Below are positions 28,296 through 38,489 of a stretch of 64,000 nt of DNA, one piece after another. Made by a program: the position numbers and the translations under genes. How positions within the stretch are numbered: position 1 is the stretch's first letter; each line of letters begins with the position of its first letter. The stretch is from Vulcanimicrobiota bacterium (GTDB lineage Bacteria; Vulcanimicrobiota; Vulcanimicrobiia; Vulcanimicrobiales; Vulcanimicrobiaceae): NCBI GenBank assembly GCA_963812155.1, contig CAWETW010000002.1:352001-416000 (forward strand), written 5' to 3'. The notes beneath the pieces were generated by a model, which was given only the letters and a program-made list of their open reading frames with translations, was not told the origin of the DNA and did not search any database.

Positions 28296-29609
28296 CTAGA
28301 CGGCGGCTGCGAAGACGCTCCGTTCGACCGGCCGCATCGGGACGGGCCCTGCCGGGCGAAGCGTCACCATCGGTGCGGTCGCCACCTCGACGCCGGGATC
28401 CTTGACGAACGAATACCGGCGCGCGATTGCCGAGACGACGATCTCGGCTTCACGAAGTGCGAACTCGTCGCCGATGCAGCGCCGCGCGCCCCCGCCGAAC
28501 GGGAAGAACGAAAACGGCGCCGGTTCCCAGTCGAGCCAACGGTCCGGATCGAAGCGCTGCGGCTCTGCAAAAAATTCCGCGCGACGATGAAGCAGCAAGG
28601 GCGCGAAGAGCACCGTCGTTTTCGATGGGATCACCGTTCCGTCGACGAGCGTCACCCGGCGCTGCGATTCGCGGCCGACCAGCCACGCCGGCGGATAGAT
28701 CCGGAGGCTCTCGCGAACGACGCGTGCGACGTAGCCCGAGTCGCCGGCAGCGGCCGCCGCACCGAGACGTTCGTCGATCTCCGCATGCTGCGCGAGTAAG
28801 TAGAACGTCCACGTAAGAAGATTGGCTGTCGTTTCGTGGCCCGCCATGAAGAGCGTCATGACTTCGTCGCGGATCTCTTCGTCGGTCGGACGATAGCCGG
28901 TGTCCGCGTCGCGCGCCGCGAGCAGCATCGAGAGCGCGTCTCCGGTGTCGCCGCCGTCGGCGCGACGGCGCGCGATGAGCCCGTAGATAATCGCGTCCAA
29001 CTGCGCGCGCGCCTGATGGAAGCGCTTCGTCGACGGCAGCGGCAGACGTTGACGCAAGTGCCCGAGCGGGACGAGCACGTGCGGAAACTCTTCCATCATG
29101 AGCCCCAACGCTTCGCTGACGTTGCCGGTGGAGGCGCTTTCGTCGCTGCCGAATAGCGTCGTCGTCGCGATGCGCAGCGTCAAGGCCGTCATCGCTGCAT
29201 GCACGTCGAACACCGCGTTCGGGCGCAGGCTCGCGACGAATTCGTCCGCCGCGCCCTCCATGATTTCGACGTAGCGCGCGATGCGTTCGCGGTGGAAAGC
29301 CGGCTGGACGATGCGGCGCATCTGGCGGTGCTTCGGCTCTTCGCTCGTGAGAAGTCCGTCGCCGAGCAGAAAACGCAAGGAGCGCGCGCCGAGCGATTTC
29401 GTGAACGCCTGCTGCTGCGTCACGAACACGTCCTTGATGAGCGCCGGCTCGTTGATGAAAACGTACCTGCGCCACGGAACCGAGAAGGCGACGACGTTGC
29501 CGTATCGCGCGCTCATCTCGAGCAGAAAGGGCGTAAACTTCCGGAACGGGACCGGAAAAAGCCGGCGCATGGTGGTCCACTGCGACGGTCCGGGTATGCG
29601 CGCGCTCAT
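28296..29609 (-). CDS. Cytochrome P450
   Basis: AGHETT I-helix, ExxR (ESLR), FDPDRW, FPFGGGARRCIG heme motif. Confidence 0.96.
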   Translation of the reverse strand: MSARIPGPSQWTTMRRLFPVPFRKFTPFLLEMSARYGNVVAFSVPWRRYVFINEPALIKDVFVTQQQAFTKSLGARSLRFLLGDGLLTSEEPKHRQMRRIVQPAFHRERIARYVEIMEGAADEFVASLRPNAVFDVHAAMTALTLRIATTTLFGSDESASTGNVSEALGLMMEEFPHVLVPLGHLRQRLPLPSTKRFHQARAQLDAIIYGLIARRRADGGDTGDALSMLLAARDADTGYRPTDEEIRDEVMTLFMAGHETTANLLTWTFYLLAQHAEIDERLGAAAAAGDSGYVARVVRESLRIYPPAWLVGRESQRRVTLVDGTVIPSKTTVLFAPLLLHRRAEFFAEPQRFDPDRWLDWEPAPFSFFPFGGGARRCIGDEFALREAEIVVSAIARRYSFVKDPGVEVATAPMVTLRPAGPVPMRPVERSVFAAAV

Positions 29610-29878
29610 CCGCCGGCCAACTTCACGCGGCGTCCCTGCGCGGCAAACCATGCCGCTATTTTCTCGCGATGGTCGCCTTGAATTTCGATCGTTCCGTTCT
29701 TCGCCGTGCCCCCGCTTCCACAATAGCGTTTCAGCGTTTGCGCGATTGCGTCAATTTCGCGCGGCGCAAGCCCCGTGACGATGCTAACGGTGCTCGCGCG
29801 CCGCTTCGCGCGCATGATGCGCACGACACCATCGTCGGGCACCGCCGGTCTGCGTGCGGCGCGATCGTTGCGTAGCAT
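29606..29878 (-). CDS. yciH: SUI1/YciH family translation factor
   Basis: DGVVRI, LKRYCGSGGTAKNGTIEIQGDHR, C-terminal KLAGG. Confidence 0.88.
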   Translation of the reverse strand: MLRNDRAARRPAVPDDGVVRIMRAKRRASTVSIVTGLAPREIDAIAQTLKRYCGSGGTAKNGTIEIQGDHREKIAAWFAAQGRRVKLAGG

Positions 29879-29956
29879 GCGCGCGGGCTTCGGCAGGCGC
29901 GCAACGGCTAACTGCGCCCGACTACCTCCCTATGGTCGCAGCCTTCCCGGGATAGC

Positions 29957-30032
29957 CGGTCTAACAGGTTACAGTGGCGCCAGGGGGCTGGCGTTGACCC
30001 GGCGAGCTGTAACGGTCTAAAATAGTTACAGC
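29957..30032 (+). promoter_or_regulatory. Promoter and inverted-repeat operator of the CGNR gene
   Basis: TTGACC-N18-TAAAAT; GCTGTAAC-N11-GTTACAGC (30006-30032); related second copy CGGTCTAACAGGTTACAG (29957-29974). Confidence 0.6.
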
Positions 30033-30524
30033 GTGCAACTCGGCAGCGCCAGCCTCGATTTCGCCTCGGCCGCTCGGAAAGGGGAGGCTGCCATCGCCCG
30101 TGCAATGGGCGTCGTGCTTTCGGTCGAACCGGCGCTGCGGCCGGAGGAGCGAGCCGACGCCCTTCGGCTAGCCGAGGCACTTGCCCGGGCCTTCGCGGCC
30201 GTCGCGAGCGGCATGCCGATCGCCGACCGCGACGTCGCCACGGTCAATAGCCACGCATCGGACGACCTCCCGTTCATCCAGCTCGGCCCGGACGGGAATG
30301 CGGTGCGCGGTGCCTTCGATCCGATTCGCGCGACGCTCGCCGCGCTCGCGCGCGATGGGATCGAGACGATCGCGCGGGAGCGAGAGCGCCTGCGGGTCTG
30401 CGCCGGCGCCGATTGTGGCCGCGTCTTCCTCGACCGTTCGCGCGGCAAGCGGCGGCGCTGGTGTTCGATGCAGGGTTGCGGCAATCGCGCGAAGGTTGCG
30501 TCCTTCCGCCGCCGCGCGCGCTAG
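30033..30524 (+). CDS. CGNR zinc-finger (ABATE-type) regulator
   Basis: RLRVCAGADCGRVFLDRSRGKRRRWCSMQGCGNRAKV. Confidence 0.9.
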   Translation: MQLGSASLDFASAARKGEAAIARAMGVVLSVEPALRPEERADALRLAEALARAFAAVASGMPIADRDVATVNSHASDDLPFIQLGPDGNAVRGAFDPIRATLAALARDGIETIARERERLRVCAGADCGRVFLDRSRGKRRRWCSMQGCGNRAKVASFRRRAR

Positions 30525-32641
30525 AAGGCCGCCGGCAGCGTCATGTTCAGGTTCTTCACCAAGAACGCGTAGACGTCGGCGGTCGCGTCGAAGCTTTGCG
30601 TGAGCGTCGTGCTTCCGCTATGTCCGGCTTTCAGCTGCACGCGCAGCAGAATTGGAGCGCTGCCGGCCTGATCGGCTTGCATCTTGGCGGCGAATTTGAA
30701 ACTGTGCGCCGGAAAGACTCGGTCGTCGTGATCCGACGTCATGATGAGCGTCGGCGGATAGACCGTATTCGGCCGCACGTTAGCATAGGGCGAGTATTTG
30801 TAGAGCCATGCGAAATCACCGGCGCCGCACGTCGCGCAGCCGTATTCGGGAATCCAAAAGTTCCCGATCGTAAACTTATCGAAGCGCAGCATGTCGAGGA
30901 CGCCCACGCCGGGCACGGCCGCGCCGAAAAGATCGGGGCGCTGCGTTTCGACCGCGCCGATCAGCAGACCGCCGTTCGACTCGCCCTTCACGGCCAGTTT
31001 CGGCGTCGAGGTATATTTTTGAGTGATGAGGTACTCGGCGGCTGCAATGAAATCGTCGAAAACGTTTTGCTTGTTTCCCAGCATCCCGGCGCGATGCCAA
31101 GCTTCACCGTACTCCGAACCGCCGCGCATGTTGGCGACCGCATAGATGCCGCCCATCTGAAGCCAGGTCGCGATCGACGTCGAGAACGCCGGCGTCATCG
31201 GAATGTTGAAGCCGCCGTAGCCGTAGAGAATCGTGGGAGCGCTGCCGTCCAGCGCCGTTCCGCGCCGGTACGACACCATCATGGGAACGCGCGTGCCGTC
31301 TTTGCTGCGGTAGAAAACTTCGCGCGTGACGTACTGCCCGGAGTCGAACGAGATATGCGGCTTGCGGTAGACGGTACTCCGGCCCGTAGTCACGTCGTAA
31401 CGATAGATGGTCTGCGGCGTCGTCCATCCCGCGTACGAATAGTAGGTCGAGCGATCGGACGCGAAGCCCCCAAATCCGCTCGCCGTGCCCGGTCCCGGCA
31501 AGTCAACGTCGCGCAGATGCCGTCCGTCCGCATCGAAGACGCTGACGCCGGAGTGCGCGTCGGTGAGATACGAGAGGATGAAACGTCCGCCGACGTACGA
31601 CGCGGATTGCAGCGCGAACCACGATTCGGGGATGACGGTGCGCACGACGCCCGGTTTGCGCACGTCGATCGCCACCACGCGCGAGTTCGGCGCCGCCAGC
31701 GTCGTCGTCAGATAGAAAACCGGACCGGCATTGCCGACCAATCCCCATTGCGCATCGTTTTTCCAAAGCAGCCGGCGAACCGGATGCGATGCCTGCCGAA
31801 GGTCGGCGTACCCGATGCGATTGTTGATCGAGTCGTTTTCCGACACGCTCACGACGGCGTATCGTTGGTCGTCGCTCACCTGCACGCCGTAGAGCCAGTT
31901 CTTGTGTTCGGGACGGTAGTAGAACACCGAGTCGGCCGATTGAGGCGTTCCGAGTTTGTGGTAGTACACCGCGTGTCCGTAGAGCGCGCCCTTCAGCGTC
32001 TCGCCCGCGACCGGTGCGGGATAGCGCTCGTAGAGAAAGCCGCCGTCGTTGGGAAGCCACGCCGCGGTCGAAAACTTACTCCATTGCAGCGTATCGGGCA
32101 GGTCCTTGCCGCCGGCAACATCGCGCACGTGCCACGTGACCCAGTCGGAACCTGAACCGTGGGAGGCGTAGGCGAGATAGCGGGCAGTCCAACTCGGGAA
32201 CTCGCCGCCGAGGGTCACCGATCCGTCACTGGAAAGCCCGTTCGGATCGATCAGCACGCGTGGCGCGCCGTTCGGGCCGCGCATCGTATAGAGCACCGCT
32301 TGGTCTTGCAATCCCGAATTATAGAAGTAAAAGTAGGCGTCGCGCATGTGAAACGGCACGGTATAGCGCTCGTAGTTTGCCAGCGATTGCAGCCGCGTGC
32401 GAATCGCGGCACGCTGCGGAATCGCATCGAGATACGAACGCGAGAGCGCGGCTTCGGCCTCGATCCAACTGCGCGTCGCCGGCGCGTCTATGGCCTCGAG
32501 CGGACGGTACGGGTCGGCGACGGTCGTCCCATAGTACGTGTCGACGGTCGCGTCGGTCGGCGGTTTGGGATACTCGAAGCTGCTTCCCAAGAGAACCAGG
32601 CACCCGGCAAGCGCAAAGCTTGCATAGGCGACGCGCGACAT
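30521..32641 (-). CDS. Prolyl oligopeptidase (S9A), secreted
   Basis: DPYRPLE, YGYGGFNI, RGGSEYGEAWH, GESNGGLL, DDRV, GH triad; signal peptide. Confidence 0.96.
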   Translation of the reverse strand: MSRVAYASFALAGCLVLLGSSFEYPKPPTDATVDTYYGTTVADPYRPLEAIDAPATRSWIEAEAALSRSYLDAIPQRAAIRTRLQSLANYERYTVPFHMRDAYFYFYNSGLQDQAVLYTMRGPNGAPRVLIDPNGLSSDGSVTLGGEFPSWTARYLAYASHGSGSDWVTWHVRDVAGGKDLPDTLQWSKFSTAAWLPNDGGFLYERYPAPVAGETLKGALYGHAVYYHKLGTPQSADSVFYYRPEHKNWLYGVQVSDDQRYAVVSVSENDSINNRIGYADLRQASHPVRRLLWKNDAQWGLVGNAGPVFYLTTTLAAPNSRVVAIDVRKPGVVRTVIPESWFALQSASYVGGRFILSYLTDAHSGVSVFDADGRHLRDVDLPGPGTASGFGGFASDRSTYYSYAGWTTPQTIYRYDVTTGRSTVYRKPHISFDSGQYVTREVFYRSKDGTRVPMMVSYRRGTALDGSAPTILYGYGGFNIPMTPAFSTSIATWLQMGGIYAVANMRGGSEYGEAWHRAGMLGNKQNVFDDFIAAAEYLITQKYTSTPKLAVKGESNGGLLIGAVETQRPDLFGAAVPGVGVLDMLRFDKFTIGNFWIPEYGCATCGAGDFAWLYKYSPYANVRPNTVYPPTLIMTSDHDDRVFPAHSFKFAAKMQADQAGSAPILLRVQLKAGHSGSTTLTQSFDATADVYAFLVKNLNMTLPAAF

Positions 32642-32647
32642 CGGTTC

Positions 32648-35600
32648 CTATTCTGCCAACGCGGTGGCAACGATGCGTTCTTGTTCGACCGCGTGCTGGC
32701 CGGCATAGCCTTCGCTCGGGCTCGCGCGGTAGCCGCGTCCGATGTACTCGATGTCGAATCCGTCGCGCTTGCTTTCGAGCAGGCGCCGGCGCACGAAGGC
32801 GCGCGCGCCCATGTTCTTCGGCTCTTCCTGCACCCACACGATCTTTTTGAGCTTCGGGATAGCCGCCGATGACGCGATTGATCTCGCCCGCGGGAAGCGG
32901 CGCGAGCAATTCGATGCGCGCGATGGCAGTACTCCGCAACGAGGCGTAGGACGCGTGCGCGACGAGGTCGTGATAGATCTTGCCGCTGCAGAGAATCAAG
33001 CGTTCGATGGCCGTCCGGTCGGTCACGCGCGGATCGTCGATGACCGGCGCGAACGGATCCGAGCGCCATGTCGTCGAGGCTGCCCGCCGCACTCTGCACC
33101 CGCAGCAGCGATTTCGGCGTCATCACGACCAGCGGCACCGCGATCGGCGAACGTGCCTGCATGCGCAGCAAGTGATAGTAGTTGCCGGCGTTCGACGGGT
33201 ACGCGACGCGCAGATTTCCTTCCGCAACGAGCTGCAAGAAACGCTCGAGACGCGCGCTCGAGTGCTCCGGACCACCGCCTTCGTAGCCGTGCGGGAGCAG
33301 CAAGACCAGGCGCGAGTTCTGACCCCACTTCGCCTGTCCGGCGGCGATGAACTGATCGACGACGATCTGCGCGCCGTTGAAGAAGTCGCCGTACTGCGCT
33401 TCCCACAGCACGAGCGCTCCCGGCACCTGCGTCGAGTAGCCGTACTCGAATCCGACGCAGGCGTACTCCGAGAGCGGGCTGTTGCGGATCTCGAACGATG
33501 CCTGCGACTCCGCCAAATGCTGTAGCGGAACCCACGTCGCGCTGCGATCGACGTCGTGAAACACGGCGTGCCGGTGGCTGAAGGTTCCGCGCTCGGTATC
33601 CTGGCCGGAGAGCCGGATCGGCGTTTCGCCGGTGAGAAGCGACGCAAAGGCGAGCGCTTCGGCGGTGCCCCAGTCGACGGTGCCGCGCTCGGCGATCGAG
33701 TCGCGGCGGCGATCGATCTGCGCGACCAGTTTCCGATTCAAGACGAAACCTTCCGGAACGCTTCCGAGCGCGGCGGTCCACGCTTCAAGCTGCGCTCGCG
33801 ATACCGGCGGCAGCAGCGTGCCGTCGAACGTGTTGCTGCCGGCCATCTTGCGCCCGGTCGTGTGCGTCGCGAGCACGCCTTTGACGGACCTGCGCGCTTC
33901 GCCGAGCCGCTCGGCGGCTTCCTCGACCATCGCGCGCGACTGATCGGCCGTCAGTACGCCTTGATTGATGAGTTTGTTGGCGAAGAGTTCGCGCACGGTC
34001 GGATGGCTCTTGATCCTCTCGGCCAGCTGCGGCTGGGTGTATGCCGGTTCGTCTTGTTCGTTGTGACCGAAGCGGCGGTACCCGATCAAGTCGATCAGCA
34101 CGTCGCGCGCGAACGCGCGCCGGAAATCGACCGCCAAATGCACGGCGGCGATGCACGCGTCGACGTCGTCGGCGTTGACGTGAACGATCGGCACGTCGAA
34201 GCCCTTTGCCAAGTCCGACGCGTAACGCGTCGAACGGGCGTCGGCCGGATCGGTCGTAAAACCGATTTGATTGTTGGCGATGAGATGAATCGTGCCGCCG
34301 GTTTGATAGCCGGGCAGCGACTGCAGGTTGAGGACTTCCGAAACGATGCCTTGACCGGGAAATGCGGCATCGCCGTGAATCAGAATCGGTACCGCGCCTT
34401 TGGGATCGTAGTCCGGGAACGCCGGTAGCGTGATCGGTTTGCAGCGCCCGCGCGCTGCCTTCGACGACCGGATCGACGGCTTCCAGATGACTCGGATTGT
34501 GGGCGAGCGTCACGGCGATCGATTTGCTCTTCGAGGTGACGAACGTGCCGGTCGATCCATGGTGGTATTTTACGTCGCCCATCACGTCGTCGTCGCCTAG
34601 CTCCCCGCGATATTGCGCCGCCTCGAACTCCATCATGGCTTCTTCGTACGGCGCGTTTACGACGTGCGCGATGACGTTGAGCCGTCCGCGGTGAGCCATG
34701 CCGAGCACGGCGTTACGCACGCCGTCGTCGGCGAACATGTCGAGCATTTCCTCGAGCATCGGCACCATCACGTCGAGACCTTCACCGGAGAACGTTTTCT
34801 GTCCGAGGAACGTCTTGCGCACGTAGCGATCGAACGCTTCGACGCGCGTCAAACGCGAGAGGAACTCGATTTGTCTCTCGGGCGAAAACTTCACTTTGTT
34901 CTTGCCGGATTCGATGTAGTCGCGCAGCCACACGCGCTGACCCGCGTTCGAAATGTGTTCGATCTCGTAAGCGATCGTAGAACTGTACGTCTCTTTGAGG
35001 TGCGGCAGCACCTCGTTGAGCGTGCTCCCGGGAACCTTGACGCGCAGGACGCCGGCCGGAATCGCGCTCATCAGCGCCGGCGTCAAACCGTAGGTCTGCG
35101 GTTCGAGCGACGAATCGCCGACCGGCGGCGTGCCCAGCGGATCGAGATGCGCCGCTAGATGGCCGTGGCGGCGGTACGCCGAGACGATCGCCATGCCCGC
35201 AGCGACGGCGCGCAGCATCTCGTCGGAGGGCGGCGCCGCACCGGCGGAGCCGGGCGTCCGCGCGGCCGGAATCGTCGTGGTGATCTGCGGGACCGGAGCC
35301 GCCTGCAAACCGAGCGATCCGAAAATCTCTTCGTAGAATCCGTCGCGTCCTTGAAGCAGTTCGTCGACGCGGCGCAGGTATTCACCCGACTGCGCGCCTT
35401 GAATCACGCGATGATCGTAGGTGCTCGTCACGTGCATGATCTTCGAAACGCCCAACAGTTGCAGCGATTGCACGTTGGCGCCGGCGAACCCGGGCGGATA
35501 ACCGATCGCTCCGGTCGCGATAATTGCACCCTGTCCCGACATCAGTCGCGGCAGCGAAGCGATGGTTCCGATTCCGCCGGGATTGGTGAGCGTAAACGAG

Positions 35601-36580
35601 GCGCCTTGCAGATCGTCGGCCACGAGTTTGTTGTCGCGCGCCTTTGCAACCAGCGCTTCGTAGGCGTTCCGAAATGCCGCGAAGTCGAGCGCGGCGGCGT
35701 TCTTGATCACCGGCACGACCAAGAACCGCGAGCCGTCTTTCCGCTCGCTGTCGACGGCGAGACCGAGGTGAATGCCGGGCTCGAGCCGTGCCGGAGCGCC
35801 CTTTTCGTCGCGCCGGAACGAATGCGTGATGAACGGCATTTCGCGCGCCGCACGCACGAGACCAAAGGCCACGACGTGGGTGAACGAAACCTTTTCTTGG
35901 CGCCCGGCGGCTTTAATCGCACCGTTGAGTTCTTTGCGTCGCGCGTCGAGCACGTCGACGGCCAAAGCGCGAAAACTCGTCGCGGTCGGAATCGTCAGGC
36001 TTTGCTCCATGTAGCCGGCAAGCGCGGCAGCCGGTCCCTTCAAGGGCGCGAGCGTTGCGCCGGCGGGTATGGGTCCCGCCGAAGACGTTGCGTCGTGGCG
36101 GCGCTTTGCGGCCTCGGCTTGACCGACGACGTCGCCGCGGAGAATCAGGCCGTCGGGACCCGAGCCGCGGACCCGCGCGAGATCGACGTCGAGCCGCCGC
36201 GCCATCCGGCGCGCCGGTTGGTCGGCAAGCGCGTGGCCCGCCGGCGTCGGCGGCGCTGCCGCCGGCGGCGGGGCGGGTGCGGCGGCAGTTGCCCCGTTGC
36301 CCGACGATGCCGGCGCCGTACGCGCGGCCGCCTGCCCGTTACTCTTGCTCGTATCGATTTCGGCGAGTGCGGCGCCGACCGAAACCGAGTCGCCTTCGCC
36401 CGCCAGAATCTGCGTGATGACGCCGCTCGCAGTGGCGGGCACCTCGACGTCCACCTTGTCCGTGGTCACGTCGACCAAAGCGTCGCCTTCGGCCACGAAG
36501 TCGCCGACCCGCTTGCGCCATTCGACGATGGAGCCCTCGGTGACCGACTCGCCCATCTCGGGCAGCGTCACCTTCACCAT
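32648..36580 (-). CDS. kgd: Multifunctional 2-oxoglutarate dehydrogenase: lipoyl + E3-binding + E2 acyltransferase + E1; indels at ~34410, ~33060, ~32850
   Basis: TTDKVDVEVP lipoyl site, E3-binding motif GSGPDGLI, TYDHRVIQGA, GMAHRGRLN, IHGDAAF ThDP motif, WEAQYGDF, GPEHSSAR, WVQEEPKNMG. Confidence 0.9.
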
Positions 36581-36680
36581 CGCGTCCACTTTTTTCGTCA
36601 ATGCTCCCGAAACTCGAAGATGCTCTTGCGCGCCTTCGCGACGGCCCACGAGCAAACCCCGCGCGCGCCGTACAAGTCTG

Positions 36681-37667
36681 CTACCGAGCGTCGATGCCGG
36701 TCACGTGCGCGATCGCGAGGCTGCTTGCGGCGATGGCGACCCACAGAACTGCGCCCAAGGCGAGCGGGCGCAGTCCCGCCTCGCGCATGCGCCGCACGTC
36801 GGCGCTAAGGCCGACGCCGGCCAAAGCGACGACGATTGCCGCCCATGCAATGGATTGGATCGCATGCTCCCAGCCGGCCGGAATCGCGCCGAGCGAATGG
36901 GCGGCCGCTGCAACGACGAACCACAGAACGAACCACGGAACGATGCTTCGCCATGGAATCGCCGGCTCGTCGCGCGTGCGCGTCGCCAAGCGTTTCCAGG
37001 CATAATAAAGCACCATCGGCACGATCAGCAGCGTGCGCGTGAGTTTAACGACCACGCCCGTGTTGCCGGCTTGGGAACCGTAAGCAAACGCAGCCGCCAC
37101 GACCGACGACGTGTCGTTGATGGCGGTGCCGGCCCAGAGCCCGAATGCCGATTGCGACAGCGCGAGTGCGTGACCGAGCGGCGGGAACGTCAGCACGGCG
37201 ACGACGTTGAAGAAGAAGACGGTTCCGAGCGCGTAAGCGACGTCTGAGGCGTCGACGTCGATCACGCTCGACAACGCCGCGATCGCCGAACCGCCGCAGA
37301 TTCCGGTTCCGATCGCGAGCAACCGCCGCAAATCGCGATCGAGTCCGAGCGCGCGACCGCACGCGTACGCCAACGCCAGCACGATGACGAAGGTACCGAG
37401 CATCACCGGCAGCGCCGTCACGCCGCCGCGTACGATCTGCCCGAGGCTCAACGTCGCTCCCAGCAGCACGATCGAACACTGGAGGAGCGTCTTCGACACG
37501 AACGCCGCGCCGGGCTCGATCGACGCCGGCACGATGCGCAGCGCCGCGATGGCGACGCCGGCAACGATGGAAAAGACCGGAGCCCCGACGATCGGCGCCC
37601 ATCTTCCGAGCAGCATCGCGAACGCGGCGATAGCCGCGCACGCGAGGATGCCGGGGAGCAGTTTCAC
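36681..37667 (-). CDS. YeiH/putative sulfate exporter (PSE) family membrane protein
   Basis: GTGICGGSAIAA, FGLWAGTAINDTSSVVAA, VVKLTRTL. Confidence 0.92.
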   Translation of the reverse strand: MKLLPGILACAAIAAFAMLLGRWAPIVGAPVFSIVAGVAIAALRIVPASIEPGAAFVSKTLLQCSIVLLGATLSLGQIVRGGVTALPVMLGTFVIVLALAYACGRALGLDRDLRRLLAIGTGICGGSAIAALSSVIDVDASDVAYALGTVFFFNVVAVLTFPPLGHALALSQSAFGLWAGTAINDTSSVVAAAFAYGSQAGNTGVVVKLTRTLLIVPMVLYYAWKRLATRTRDEPAIPWRSIVPWFVLWFVVAAAAHSLGAIPAGWEHAIQSIAWAAIVVALAGVGLSADVRRMREAGLRPLALGAVLWVAIAASSLAIAHVTGIDAR

Positions 37668-37689
37668 TCCCGGCAGTTATAACGTTCGG

Positions 37690-38488
37690 CTAAAAATATC
37701 CGGCTTGGCGCGGAACCGCGTGGATCAAGACGCTGCGTTGAAAATGCGGGCGGCGGTGGCTGAGCACGAAAGCGGCGACGTCGTAGGCCTCGCCGAGCGA
37801 GAGCGATCCCGGCGCCGTTCTTCGGCATGTTGTAGCGGACGAAGCCGGTCATGCGATCGATGTGCGCCATGCCGGCACCGGCGTTGAACGAACCGCTGCC
37901 CCACAGTGGCGGAAAGGCGCCCTTCACCCCGGCGCCGTCGGCTCGATGGCACTGGACGCACGTGCGCGCGTAGAGGTCCGCACCGTGCGCGACGTCGGGC
38001 GAACGTGCGGGCAACGGCTCGATGAAGCGATCCGACGCCTTCACCGGCGTACCCACGGGAATTCCGCGCGAAAGCCACGCGATGTACGCAACCATCGCGA
38101 TCATCGCCGGACTGCTGTAGCTGGGCGGACGGCCGTTCATGCTGTAGAGAAAACACTCGGCCAGCCGATCCTGGAGCGTGATGATGCGGTGGGCGCGCTT
38201 GTTCCACTGCGGAAAGCGTCCGTACGTCCCGACGAAGCTGCCGCCTTTGAGTTTCGTTCCGGCGTCGAGGTGACAGGCGGCGCACGTCATGTTCGCGCGC
38301 ACGTAGCCCTTCATCAGATGCGGCGTGTCGACGATAATGGCCCGGCCGTACTCGATCGACGCACCAAGCGGTCCAGCCGGCAGTGCGCGCGGATCGTACA
38401 ACGCTTGCGGGTGTCCGCCGCTCGAACACGCCGCCGCCGCCAGAGCGAATGCCGCAACGAAGAGCCGCACACCCTGCCGTAGTCGCAT
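37690..38488 (-). CDS. tsdA: TsdA-type diheme c thiosulfate dehydrogenase/tetrathionate reductase lipoprotein; one indel at ~37815
   Basis: Lipobox AAAC, CAACH and CVQCH, active-site-type RLAECFLYSMNG, FPPLWG-SFNAGAGM; corrected tail SLSLGEAYDVAAFV ends at 37690. Confidence 0.78.
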
Positions 38489-38489
38489 C

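Noticed and set aside
30413..32155. Long antisense/alternate-frame ORFs (also 7704-9344, 35159-36808, 52076-53527, 447-1559)
   Set aside because: Typical stop-poor shadows of real genes in high-GC DNA with no recognisable motifs
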